A DNA stretch of 64,000 nt. Source: Pelagomonas calceolata (taxonomy: Eukaryota). Below are positions 32,320 to 41,532 of this stretch, piece by piece. The position numbers and the translations under genes were made by a program. How positions within the stretch are numbered: position 1 is the stretch's first letter; every line of letters starts with the position of its first letter. The notes below the pieces were generated by a model. The model was not told the origin of the DNA, searched no databases, and saw only the letters and a program-made list of their open reading frames with translations. The stretch spans positions 1,984,001 to 2,048,000 of the forward strand of contig CAKKNE010000006.1 of the NCBI GenBank assembly GCA_918797485.1. Reading direction: 5' to 3'.

Positions 32320-33956
32320 TGGCGCGCCACTTTTCGGAGTCAGCGCGCTGGCCGGACGGCCAAGAAACACAAACTCAGGGCCAAAAGAGACTCTAAAAAG
32401 AAAAAAGCGAGTGCCACCACCACCGCCACCAAAAAAACACAAGCCAAAAAAGCAAAGAAGAAGAAGAGGGCGCCGCCAAATGAGTTCGTTCCTAGCAAAT
32501 ACAAGGACTCCGAGGGCAAGCGCGTGATATACTTTAACCCCTACAATGCCGTGGACATCAAAGATAGCGCCGAGTACTGGGAAGTCACCGCGCTGCCGGA
32601 AGGGTGCAACACGCCCGACGGCTATATTAGGGTGCGCTTCGAGGAGGACGGGTCTGTCTCGCACTACGACCCCGGCTTACTTACGCCCCGTTTTGTAGAG
32701 CTGCCTGAAGGAACGCCCGTCGACGTGAGCGGGTATCCCGTGAACTCCCAGGACTCCCAGGGCTTCTGGGAAATCGTCGAGTCAAATCCTGATGATCAGG
32801 TTTACGTCGTCAACAGGGTCCGCGCCACGAACGACTTGGAAGAAATGTCGGTCGACTTCAAGAAGGTGCGACAGCGCGTTCGTGTCTTCTCCAAGGTTGA
32901 CCATCCGGAGTATTATACTAAAAGTTCGGGGCAGCCAAACAGCAAGCACCCGGACTACCTCCACTCCGCCCCATACCGTCTGCATATGTTTGCGAAAAAA
33001 AGACGAGAAGCCCAAATCGCCTCGGGCTCCATGCCCCCCAAGAAGAGGGACGACGAGGAGGGCTACCTCGATCATCCACACACCAAATACATGAAGCAAC
33101 GGCATGAAGATAATAAAGATCGGATGAGAGAATGGAGAGAGAACTACGAACCGTATTGCTGCTTCTGTGGCAGGGCTTGCAAGGTGTCCGCTTGCATTTG
33201 CGGTGGAAAGGGTACTGGAAAGAAACAGCTAGCCCAAGTTGTCCGGCGGAGCCTCAATCTCGCAATAACCGACGCTCTGGGCGGCGACCTCACTGATGAA
33301 AATTGCAGACTTCTCACGGGCTTCCCTGCGGGTGAGGTCCAGCAAATCCTGCAAGCATCCATCCCTGATGACGTGAACATCGAAGAACTACTGGAGAAGA
33401 AGTGCATGCAGCGCCAATTTCGGCACCCGGTATGCGTGATCCACAAGGACCACATCAAGGCGGTTAGACCCGGCGTCCATCATTGCGGGTACGCCATCGA
33501 CGCGACGCGACGCTGTACGCCGCGTGTCTACTCGACGCGACACTCACGGTCCACGTTCCACAGGTCGCTCAGTGGCTCCGCGAGCTGCGCCAGAAGCCTG
33601 GCTGGAACCGCGACAAGACGCCGAACGACGCTTTGCGGTTTATCAACCGCATCGAGAACCTGCAGTATCTGATCTGGCGCGCGAACTTGGACAAGGGCTC
33701 CGACTACACCGAGGCCATTCGGAACGACCTGGCTGAGTACGAGAAGTGCTTCTACAGCGCAACCCAGCTCAGAGAAAGCGACGTGTTGAGCCGAAAGTAT
33801 TTGCCGTTGTCGAAGGTCTTAAAGAACGTGAAGGCGTGGGCCGCGCGGCGCGGCGGCGCGGGGGCCTGGCAGCCCATCGGGGTCCTCCCTCCCGGCCGTC
33901 TCCCACTCGTCCCGCGAGGTGAACAAGCTTATGCGGCTGTGAGGTGTTTAGTGTAA
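32320..33956 (+). CDS. Two-exon gene (..33462, 33564-33956) encoding a Lys-rich N-terminus, Cys cluster and virus/phage-type HNH endonuclease domain; start unresolved
   Basis: Splicing gives IHKDHIKA/VAQWL...FINRIENLQYLIWRANLDKG. Frame is open from 32320; first in-frame ATG is 32845. Confidence 0.65.
33463..33563 (+). other. GT-AG intron (101 nt)
   Basis: gttaga...ctcac (branch-like)...ttccacag. Joins ORF 32524 and ORF 33483 in frame and completes the HNH motif. Confidence 0.75.
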
Positions 33957-34221
33957 GATTGGTCTTGTACACCCCAGCCAGAAGCGGTCTAGTAAATCTA
34001 GTAAATGTGCCCACTGGCAGGCATTTTTTTCGTGAAAATTTCGCACCCGTGTACAGATACCTCCGCGCGGACCGAGTGCGCGCACGGATGCGCCCAAATG
34101 TTTCCGGAGCATCCGCACAGTTGTGCTGCCCAACGCGACCGGCTCGTTGTGCCCGTCGCGGCGCACGCCTAGGCCTGGGCGTCGAGGCAGCCGTCGACGG
34201 CCGCAAACCGGCACGCTGGCG

Positions 34222-37200
34222 ATGCGCGCCACCCGCAAGCCCGGCGCGCAGCGCCACAAGAAGTCGCGCCGGGCCCCAGCGGCAGTCACCACAGCCCCCT
34301 CGACGCTGACGGAGGCGACGGCGGCGACGCCGATGACCGCGCCTCCCACAACGGACAACACGTCGTGGACTGCGGCGGCGCGCGCCGGCGGCGCCGAGGA
34401 CCAGCGGCTCCTCGCGCGCCTCGCGCAGCGGCAGCGGGCCCTGAGCCAGGTCGCCGGCGTCCTCGGCCAGCTCCAGGCCACGAGCACGGCCGAGCAGCGC
34501 GCCTCGACGGAGGCCCAGAAGGAGGCCGAGGACGCGACGCGGCGCGCCGAGCGCGACGCGACGCTGCGAGCGGCCGCCGAGCAGAAGGCCGACCGGGCCG
34601 CGCGCGAGCGGCGCGACGCCGAGAAGGCCGCGGCGCGCCTGAAGAGCGACGTCCAGCGCCGCGACGAACAATTACGGTCGCTGCACGCGGAGCACCAGGC
34701 CCAGCAAAGCAAAGTGGACGCGTGGCGCGACCGCTGCGAGGCCGCCGAGGCCTGCGCCCTCGCGCGGGGGTCGCTCCACCGCGCCGAGCTCGCGCGGCAC
34801 CGCGCGACGCTCGACGAGCAGAACCTGGCCTTAGGGAGCGCGACGGGCGCCTTGGAGGCGGAGCGCAACGAGAGAAGAAGAGCGGAGCTGACGCTCGGCG
34901 CCGAGGTCGACGCGCTGAGGAGGGGGCTCGCCGCGGAGCACGACGCGGCGCGGGCCGCCGTCGAGGAGGCCGTGCAGCAGCGCGACGCGGCGGTGACGGA
35001 GCGCGACGCGGCGTTGCGCGACGTGAGCCGCCAGGCCGAGGCCTTTTCGCGGCGCCAGGACGAGCGGGACGGCGCCCTGTTGACCTACCAGAAGGACGCG
35101 GACAACGCCCTGGATCGGAGCTCGGCCGCGGCCGCGGCCTGCGCCGCCGCTTTGGCCGACGCGGCGCGGTGCCGCCACGCGGCGGACCTCGCGCATACGG
35201 AGGCCCAGACGAGAATAGACAGGGACACGGCCGACGCGACGGCCGCGACGCGCGACGCCGCGGCGACCATTAAAAGAGCGGCCCAGGAGGCGGCGCTCGC
35301 GCGGGCCGCGCAGGCCGCCGCGGACGCGAGAGCCAATCGCAGCGACCTGCAACGGGACGCGGCCGAGGCGAGTAGCGCCGCGTCCGCGGCGATGCGCGCC
35401 GAGGCCGTGGGCTACGCCGCGGACCTGACCGAGGCCAAGTTGGTCGCCGACGAGGACCGCGACGCGGCCAAGGCGGCCTCCATGCGCGCCGCGCAAGCGA
35501 AGGCCGACGCCTTGCGGGACCGCGACATGTTAGCTGAAGCCTTGCGCAGCGCCGAGGCCGTCGAGGACCGGCTCCGCGCGAGCGAGGCGGCCCTGGGCGC
35601 GCGCTGCCTCCAGGAGAAATCTGAGAGGCACAAGGCCGATATGAAATTGGAGGAAGTCACCAAGGGCGCCGACGACGCATTAACCGTGGCCGCGACGCAG
35701 CAGCGCGAGCGCGATCTTAAGTTGCGCGAGCTCGACGCGCTGTCGGCGCGCCTCGCGCAGGAGCTCGAGACGCGCGTCGGCGAACTGGTGGCGTCGAAGC
35801 AGAGCCTCCAGGAGCTCGAGGCCGCCTCGAAACGCGCGGCCGAGAAGCGGGCCTTACAACGGCGCTCGGACGACGCCGCGGCGTCCGAGCGCGAGGAGGT
35901 CCACCGGTCCGAGAAGCGCATGCTAAGAGCGGAGTGTGATCGGGCGCTGAAGCGAACTCTGGATTTGGAACAGGACCGCAAGTCCGGCTTCGACAGGGTA
36001 CTGGCGCTGGAGGCGGCCGTCGCGTGCGCGGAAGCGTCCAGGGACCTGAAGCAGCTGGAACTCGTCGACCAAGTGGACCGGACGGACAAGGCCGCGGCGA
36101 CGGTCCAGGATTTGGTGGCCGAGTGCACGGCCGCCCAGAACGAACGAGACGCGGCGCGCGCGGCGCGCGACGCCGAGCGCGCGCGGTCGCGGTCCCACAT
36201 CGACGAGCTGCGCGAGGCCTCGGACAAGGCCCGCAAGGATTTAGCCAGGGCGACGAAGGCCGGCGCGAAGCGCTGCGCCGGGATGCTGGCGTCGAAAGAC
36301 AAGGCGCTCGAGGCGCGCGCCGCGTCCGAGACGGCCTTCGCGGCTTTGAAAAGCGAGCTGCGCGCCTTCACCGCGGCGTCCGAGGGCATCCGCAAGGACG
36401 CGGCGCGGTGCCGCGACGCGGCGCGCAAGGCCGACGAGGTCCTGGAGCGGGCGCGGCGCGCGCGGAACTTCATCGGCGCGACGGAGGGGCGGACGGCGGA
36501 CGCGGCGGACGCGGCGCGGCGCGCCGAGGGCGCCGTGAGCCGCGCGCGGGAGGCGCTGGGCCGGGCGCGCCTCGCGGCGCTCGAGGCGGACGCGCGCGAC
36601 GCCGTCGCGGCGCGCGAGGCCGACGCGCAGCGCGCGCGCGCGGACGCCGCGGCGGCGCTCATGGAGGCGCGCGGCGATAGAGATAGGATCGCGGCGGCGG
36701 CGGCGCGCCACAAGGAGGCCCACGAGGCGTCGAACGCCGCCCTGCGGCGCGCGACCGACGCCCTGGCCCGCGAGAAGGACTACGGGGCTCGGTTGGAATC
36801 GGAGGGCTTCGGCGAGCTCAAGGCCGCGCGCGCCAAGACGGAACAGCTCGAGCAGCACGTGTCCGAGCTGCGGTCGAAGCTGAGGGAAGAAGCGACGAAG
36901 AACAAGAGCACGGAGGTCGCTCTACGCGATGCGGGCCGGCGCCGCCAGGCCGAGGTCGCCTCGCTCGAGGCTAAATTACGGGCGGCGGAGCGCGCGAACG
37001 CGAGTGACCGGGAGCGGCGCGACGCGGAGAGCTCCACTTTGAGGGATGACATGGCGCGGGCGCAGCGCGAACGCACGGACGCGCGCGCCGAGGCGGATGA
37101 TTTGCGGAGCGACCTCGCGCAAGCGCGACGGGTGGGCTGCGATGCAAGGGACGAGGTCGCGGCTCTGCAGCGGACGCTCGACGAGCACAAGCTCCAGATG

Positions 37201-38226
37201 GACGAGTTGAGGCGGGAGGTCGAGGACCTAAGGGCGCAGGCCAAGGAGGCGAGCGAGGCTCGCAAGAGCTTTGAGACGGAGGCGCACGAGCTCAAGCAGG
37301 CGACGCGCTTCACGACACGACTTTCATGCGACGACCAGGCCGAGTTCGAGTCCATACGGAGGAAGCTGCGCGGCGAGGACACGCCCCAGAAAGAGGCAGC
37401 GGATCATTTGGCGTCCGTGCAGTACGAGGCCCTCGAGGAACAGCCGAAACAACCTCGAAAAGTTCTGGGCAGGGCCCTGGACGCGGCGCGCGCGGCGGCG
37501 CGGTTCCAGAAGCAACAGCGCCCGTCGCTCGGTGAGACCGATCAGGATGAGGTGACGGCCGCGCCGGGCTGGGACGCCATGGGCACGAGACGCGCGTCGG
37601 ACGACCCCGAGCTCGCGGACCACCTGGCGCGGCGCGACGAGGCCATCGCCATGGGTTTGGTCGATGCGCCTCCCGATGAATGGACGGAGGAAGAAAGGCC
37701 GGAGGAGCCCGAGACCGAGGCCGAGAGAAAATTAAGGGAGCTGGAAGAGCGGGCCTTCGACGGCGCCGCGGTCCAGGACGAGGAGGCGGCGCCCTGGCCC
37801 CGGGCGGAATCGTTGGCGCAGTCGGCGGCGCCCTGGAACCACGCGCGCCAGCGCGACCGCGCCGCGCGCGGCCTCCCGCCGCCGGCGCCGTTACCCCTGG
37901 AGATCCCCGAGCCCAGCGACCACACCACGGCCCACGGCGAGCGGACGCCGGGCGCGCCGCGGCCCGACCCCCAGGCCACCATCGACGCCACCGCCGCCTA
38001 CCTCCAGATGCGCCGCGACCGCGCCGCGACGAGCGTGCCGCGCGCGGCGGCGACGCCGCCGCCGCCGAGCGAATCCGCGGGCGACGACGACGCCGCGGCG
38101 CGCGACGAGTCCCTCGAGGACGCCTTCGGGGCCATGTACGCCTCGCGGCCGCCCGCCGGCGCCGGCTCGGCGCCCGCGCGGGCGCGGCGTCGCGGGCGGC
38201 CCCTGCCGCAGACGAGTCGGAGCTAA
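34222..38226 (+). CDS. Very long Ala/Arg/Glu-rich coiled-coil protein
   Basis: ~1,330-codon ORF with GC3-rich codons and heptad-like helical composition. Confidence 0.8.
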   Translation: MRATRKPGAQRHKKSRRAPAAVTTAPSTLTEATAATPMTAPPTTDNTSWTAAARAGGAEDQRLLARLAQRQRALSQVAGVLGQLQATSTAEQRASTEAQKEAEDATRRAERDATLRAAAEQKADRAARERRDAEKAAARLKSDVQRRDEQLRSLHAEHQAQQSKVDAWRDRCEAAEACALARGSLHRAELARHRATLDEQNLALGSATGALEAERNERRRAELTLGAEVDALRRGLAAEHDAARAAVEEAVQQRDAAVTERDAALRDVSRQAEAFSRRQDERDGALLTYQKDADNALDRSSAAAAACAAALADAARCRHAADLAHTEAQTRIDRDTADATAATRDAAATIKRAAQEAALARAAQAAADARANRSDLQRDAAEASSAASAAMRAEAVGYAADLTEAKLVADEDRDAAKAASMRAAQAKADALRDRDMLAEALRSAEAVEDRLRASEAALGARCLQEKSERHKADMKLEEVTKGADDALTVAATQQRERDLKLRELDALSARLAQELETRVGELVASKQSLQELEAASKRAAEKRALQRRSDDAAASEREEVHRSEKRMLRAECDRALKRTLDLEQDRKSGFDRVLALEAAVACAEASRDLKQLELVDQVDRTDKAAATVQDLVAECTAAQNERDAARAARDAERARSRSHIDELREASDKARKDLARATKAGAKRCAGMLASKDKALEARAASETAFAALKSELRAFTAASEGIRKDAARCRDAARKADEVLERARRARNFIGATEGRTADAADAARRAEGAVSRAREALGRARLAALEADARDAVAAREADAQRARADAAAALMEARGDRDRIAAAAARHKEAHEASNAALRRATDALAREKDYGARLESEGFGELKAARAKTEQLEQHVSELRSKLREEATKNKSTEVALRDAGRRRQAEVASLEAKLRAAERANASDRERRDAESSTLRDDMARAQRERTDARAEADDLRSDLAQARRVGCDARDEVAALQRTLDEHKLQMDELRREVEDLRAQAKEASEARKSFETEAHELKQATRFTTRLSCDDQAEFESIRRKLRGEDTPQKEAADHLASVQYEALEEQPKQPRKVLGRALDAARAAARFQKQQRPSLGETDQDEVTAAPGWDAMGTRRASDDPELADHLARRDEAIAMGLVDAPPDEWTEEERPEEPETEAERKLRELEERAFDGAAVQDEEAAPWPRAESLAQSAAPWNHARQRDRAARGLPPPAPLPLEIPEPSDHTTAHGERTPGAPRPDPQATIDATAAYLQMRRDRAATSVPRAAATPPPPSESAGDDDAAARDESLEDAFGAMYASRPPAGAGSAPARARRRGRPLPQTSRS

Positions 38227-38301
38227 TCACTCAAGAATCATTACACACTATTCATTCATTGCGCTCGCGGCTTGTTGGCGTCGTGCACTGGCAGCCCGGC
38301 A

Positions 38302-38622
38302 TTATTCATTGCGCGGCTTGTCGTACAGCCCGGCCTCCTGCCAGTAGTCCTCCTCGCGCTTCCGCCGGGGGCCGCGGCCGCGGGGGCCGTCGACGCGCGG
38401 CTTGCGGTTCACCGTCCGCGACTCGAGGTCGCGCCAGTACTGCGGCAGCTCGTGCTCCACGGGGGGCTCGTCGTCGGCGTCGTCGTCGTCATCGTCGGGC
38501 GTGCTCGGAGGCGCCGCCAGCGCCCGGCGTGCGCTGGGGAGGACGCGTCGCGGCACGGCGCCCCGCGCAGCCGGCACCAACGTCGCGGCAGAAAGGCGCC
38601 GCAGGACCATACGCAGAGCCAT
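38302..38622 (-). CDS. Small hypothetical protein with mitochondrial-presequence-like N-terminus
   Basis: Arg-rich, acid-free leader MALRMVLRRLSAATL, then an acidic stretch and YWRDLESR...EEDYWQEAGLYD. Confidence 0.6.
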   Translation of the reverse strand: MALRMVLRRLSAATLVPAARGAVPRRVLPSARRALAAPPSTPDDDDDDADDEPPVEHELPQYWRDLESRTVNRKPRVDGPRGRGPRRKREEDYWQEAGLYDKPRNE

Positions 38623-38819
38623 GAGAGATGTTTTTGGGTTGCTGGCCGGCAACTCCGCACTGGCGTAACTCCTCAGGAGGGCCTGCTATGTCCTTGCGAA
38701 ATTTCGCAGCGTGCGTGCAGTTGAGCGCGCTGGCAGTGGGTGTGCGACTCGTGCGAAAGCCTCCGTTTTCGGCCTTGCGGGCTAATGCGAGCAGTGGAGC
38801 TGTCTGGGTCTGGGTCGAG

Positions 38820-38840
38820 CTAGCGACCGTAAGACACTAG
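38820..38840 (+). promoter_or_regulatory. Recurrent intergenic motif (ctagcgaccgtaagacactag)
   Basis: 20/21 match to the copy at 3971; both are followed by gaaaac. Confidence 0.55.
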
Positions 38841-39014
38841 TGAAAACGACATTGTTTTTACTATCCATCTTAGGACAAAGTCGTGCATGAACCCGTCCAT
38901 GCGCTACGGCGTTACACCGCTCTCGCCCAGCTATAGCGGTTGCAAACGATGCTCATGCGCCACGGGCCAAAAAATTACGATAGGTCGAGCCGGGGCCGCT
39001 GCTTAAGCACGACG

Positions 39015-40220
39015 ATGCTGCTCTACCTATTGCTCGGGCTGCCCCGCATCAAAGGCGACGACGTCGCCGCCTACGTGGACGCCTTCCCGTCACCAATACC
39101 GCACTGCGACATGCGCGGCCTGCCCCCGGCGGCCCTCTCGTGCGTCCACCTCGCGCCCGACGGCTCGCTCGTCCACGCGAAGGATCTGCGGAGCACGGCG
39201 GGCTCCGCGAAGCAGATGCTCATGGACATGCATTTGCGGGGCGTCGTCGGGAAGCTGCGGGCGTCGCACCGGCTGCCGGGCCGCTGGGTGAGTTTCCTGA
39301 GCGTGTACACGGCGTCGGGGCCCGCCACAAAACGCAATTACCCGGTCGTCGGCATCGGCAAGCGGGACCCCCGGCAGCCGGGTCTATTGATGCCGAACCC
39401 GTTCTTCGTCGCGCCGGACTGGTGGGACTGGTACTCGCGGCGGACCCAGGCCGTCGCCCGGAAGCGCGAATTCGATAAAAGAAGGGACGTGCTGCTGTTC
39501 CGGGGCGCGTGCGGGCCCGGCGGCCACGAGCGTTTGAAATTGATGCGCCTGGGGACCTTGAACGGCGCCGTCGACGCGGGCTGGACGAGCGTCGACGGCT
39601 ATACGGACCTAGAGACCTGCGTCGCGGACCTCTCGAACCAGCTGGGGGCGAAGCGGCGCAAGCGAGACAGCGAGCTCTCGACGCGCGTGCCGATGGTCAA
39701 CTACAGCCACTACCGCTACTTGCTGCACATGCCCGGCAGCGCCACGGGCAGCTACTCGCGCAATTTACAATATCTGTGGTCCCACGGGGCCGTGGTCCTG
39801 ATCTGGAGGCACGACGCCCTCGAGTGGTACTACCCGTTTTTGAGGGATGGTGTTCACTACGTGAGCGTCGACGAGACGGACCTGGAGCGGAAGCTTGTGG
39901 AGTTGAGACGCGACCCGGAGCGAAGACGGCGGCTCGTCGCGGGGGGCGCGGCGTTCTTCGAGGCGCACCTCCGGGGCGACCGGCTCGTGGACCGGTGGCG
40001 GCGGCTCTTCGACGGGCTCGCCGCGGGGCAAAGCGACACGCCGCCTTTGGTAAGTCAAAGCGCGGCCTGCAGCTGCGACGCCGGCATGGCGGCCTACGCG
40101 AGCTGCGAGAAGTGCGAGATCACGCGGAAGCGGGGGAACACCGTGGCCAAGTTCCTCGGGCTCATCCCGAAGCGGCCGCCCGCGGCGCCGGCCGTCGAGC
40201 ATCGGGTACACGCGGGCTAG
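39015..40220 (+). CDS. Glycosyltransferase family 90 (CAP10-like)
   Basis: Signal peptide, then KR..LLFRGA, YRYLLHMPG...SYSRNLQYL and EWYYPFLRDGVHYV. Confidence 0.85.
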   Translation: MLLYLLLGLPRIKGDDVAAYVDAFPSPIPHCDMRGLPPAALSCVHLAPDGSLVHAKDLRSTAGSAKQMLMDMHLRGVVGKLRASHRLPGRWVSFLSVYTASGPATKRNYPVVGIGKRDPRQPGLLMPNPFFVAPDWWDWYSRRTQAVARKREFDKRRDVLLFRGACGPGGHERLKLMRLGTLNGAVDAGWTSVDGYTDLETCVADLSNQLGAKRRKRDSELSTRVPMVNYSHYRYLLHMPGSATGSYSRNLQYLWSHGAVVLIWRHDALEWYYPFLRDGVHYVSVDETDLERKLVELRRDPERRRRLVAGGAAFFEAHLRGDRLVDRWRRLFDGLAAGQSDTPPLVSQSAACSCDAGMAAYASCEKCEITRKRGNTVAKFLGLIPKRPPAAPAVEHRVHAG

Positions 40221-40272
40221 TGCTAACATATACACAGTACGCATGCGAAAACCCGAACCCGAACCACATGAC

Positions 40273-41163
40273 TCATGTCTTACCCTCCACTTCTTCACAA
40301 CTCGTCATGAAGTCCAGCAAGGGGAACTCCTCGTCGAGGTACGCCGCGCCCCGCCGATAAATCTGGCCCTGCGCCGGCGCCCGGCCCCCGAAGGCCCGCA
40401 TGTCCCCGTACCCCGCGTAGAACCGGTCCAGCGCCGCGTACGACGCCTCTCCCACCAATTCCCCGAAGGGCACCTCCCAGGGCTGGAAGCCCAATTTCAA
40501 ATCCCGGAACGCGAAAAAGAACTCCGTCGTCCGACTGTCCGGGCCGGACCCCGCGAAGGCGAGGTAGCCCCGTTTGAGAGCTTGTTTTTGGCCCGTCAGA
40601 TCCAACCACTGCGGGTCGTCCTTGATCCTTCCCTTCTGGCGCCACTGCTGGTGGACCGCCGGATCCCCCGGCACGCCCGTCTGGCACAAAAAGTTCTTGA
40701 CGGCTCGGAACAATCCGACTCTACTGGAAAAGAAGCCTGTGTTCACCATGTCCAGGAACCTCTGACTGCCTAGCGGCGCCCAGTTCTCGTGGATATCAAT
40801 TGTGAGGGGTCCCGCCGTCGTCTCGCAGTGCAACCGCGTCGTCGCGCCGCGCGCCTTCACAAAGGTACTCGGGTTTTCTGGGCCCGGCGGCAGGCCCGGA
40901 ACTTGTTGGAGCGGCCGTCTCAAATACAAATTCTCCGTCGGCGGCGGCGTCGGCTTCGTATGGAGCGTCAGCCAGGCGTGCTGCTTCGTTTGCGGCGTGA
41001 GGCACAGCAAGACGCCGACCATGACGAGAAACAGCGCGCCGAGCGCGACGGGAAACCAGAGCGGCCCTTTCTCGCCGTAGCGCACCTCGTTGCTCGACAG
41101 CTGGTTGCTCTCGACGTCGTCCTCGCCGGCGCGCGGCTGGTGGCGCCGGGCCTTCATGTACAT
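40273..41163 (-). CDS. Membrane-anchored cyclophilin-type peptidyl-prolyl isomerase
   Basis: Single TM helix, then WAPLGSQRFLDMV..GFF, FRAVKNFLCQTG, AFAGSGPDSRTTEFF and PFGELV. Confidence 0.88.
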   Translation of the reverse strand: MYMKARRHQPRAGEDDVESNQLSSNEVRYGEKGPLWFPVALGALFLVMVGVLLCLTPQTKQHAWLTLHTKPTPPPTENLYLRRPLQQVPGLPPGPENPSTFVKARGATTRLHCETTAGPLTIDIHENWAPLGSQRFLDMVNTGFFSSRVGLFRAVKNFLCQTGVPGDPAVHQQWRQKGRIKDDPQWLDLTGQKQALKRGYLAFAGSGPDSRTTEFFFAFRDLKLGFQPWEVPFGELVGEASYAALDRFYAGYGDMRAFGGRAPAQGQIYRRGAAYLDEEFPLLDFMTSCEEVEGKT

Positions 41164-41532
41164 GGCTGCGCTGCCAGCAAGGGCTGTGCTAGGCCGGAGG
41201 CTGTCTGCAGCGTGTAATCGGTGCTGCCAGTATATTCAAGTGACAGCGCTATTGCGTAGCAGCGTGTAATCGATGCTTAAGCCACCAATTCGGCTGCCGC
41301 GGCGAGCCGAGACGCCCGGGCTACCGTAATCCCACTAGCAACCCGACTTCCGCAAACGCCGCCCCAACCCTCCGCCGAGCCCTGTTCCCACGTCTCGCCC
41401 CAGCGAACAGAAGAATCAAACAATGCGACCGGGCTTCTCCCGGGTTTGGGCCCAGCGGCACCAAAGCCAGCTTTGGGGCAGCAGCCAGCCTGCCTCGCTG
41501 CATGCGAAAGCGATGAAGTTACATTGAGAAAC

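Noticed and set aside
3971..38847. CTAG motif copies as a CRISPR array
   Set aside because: Copies are kilobases apart, in both orientations, in eukaryotic DNA with no cas genes.
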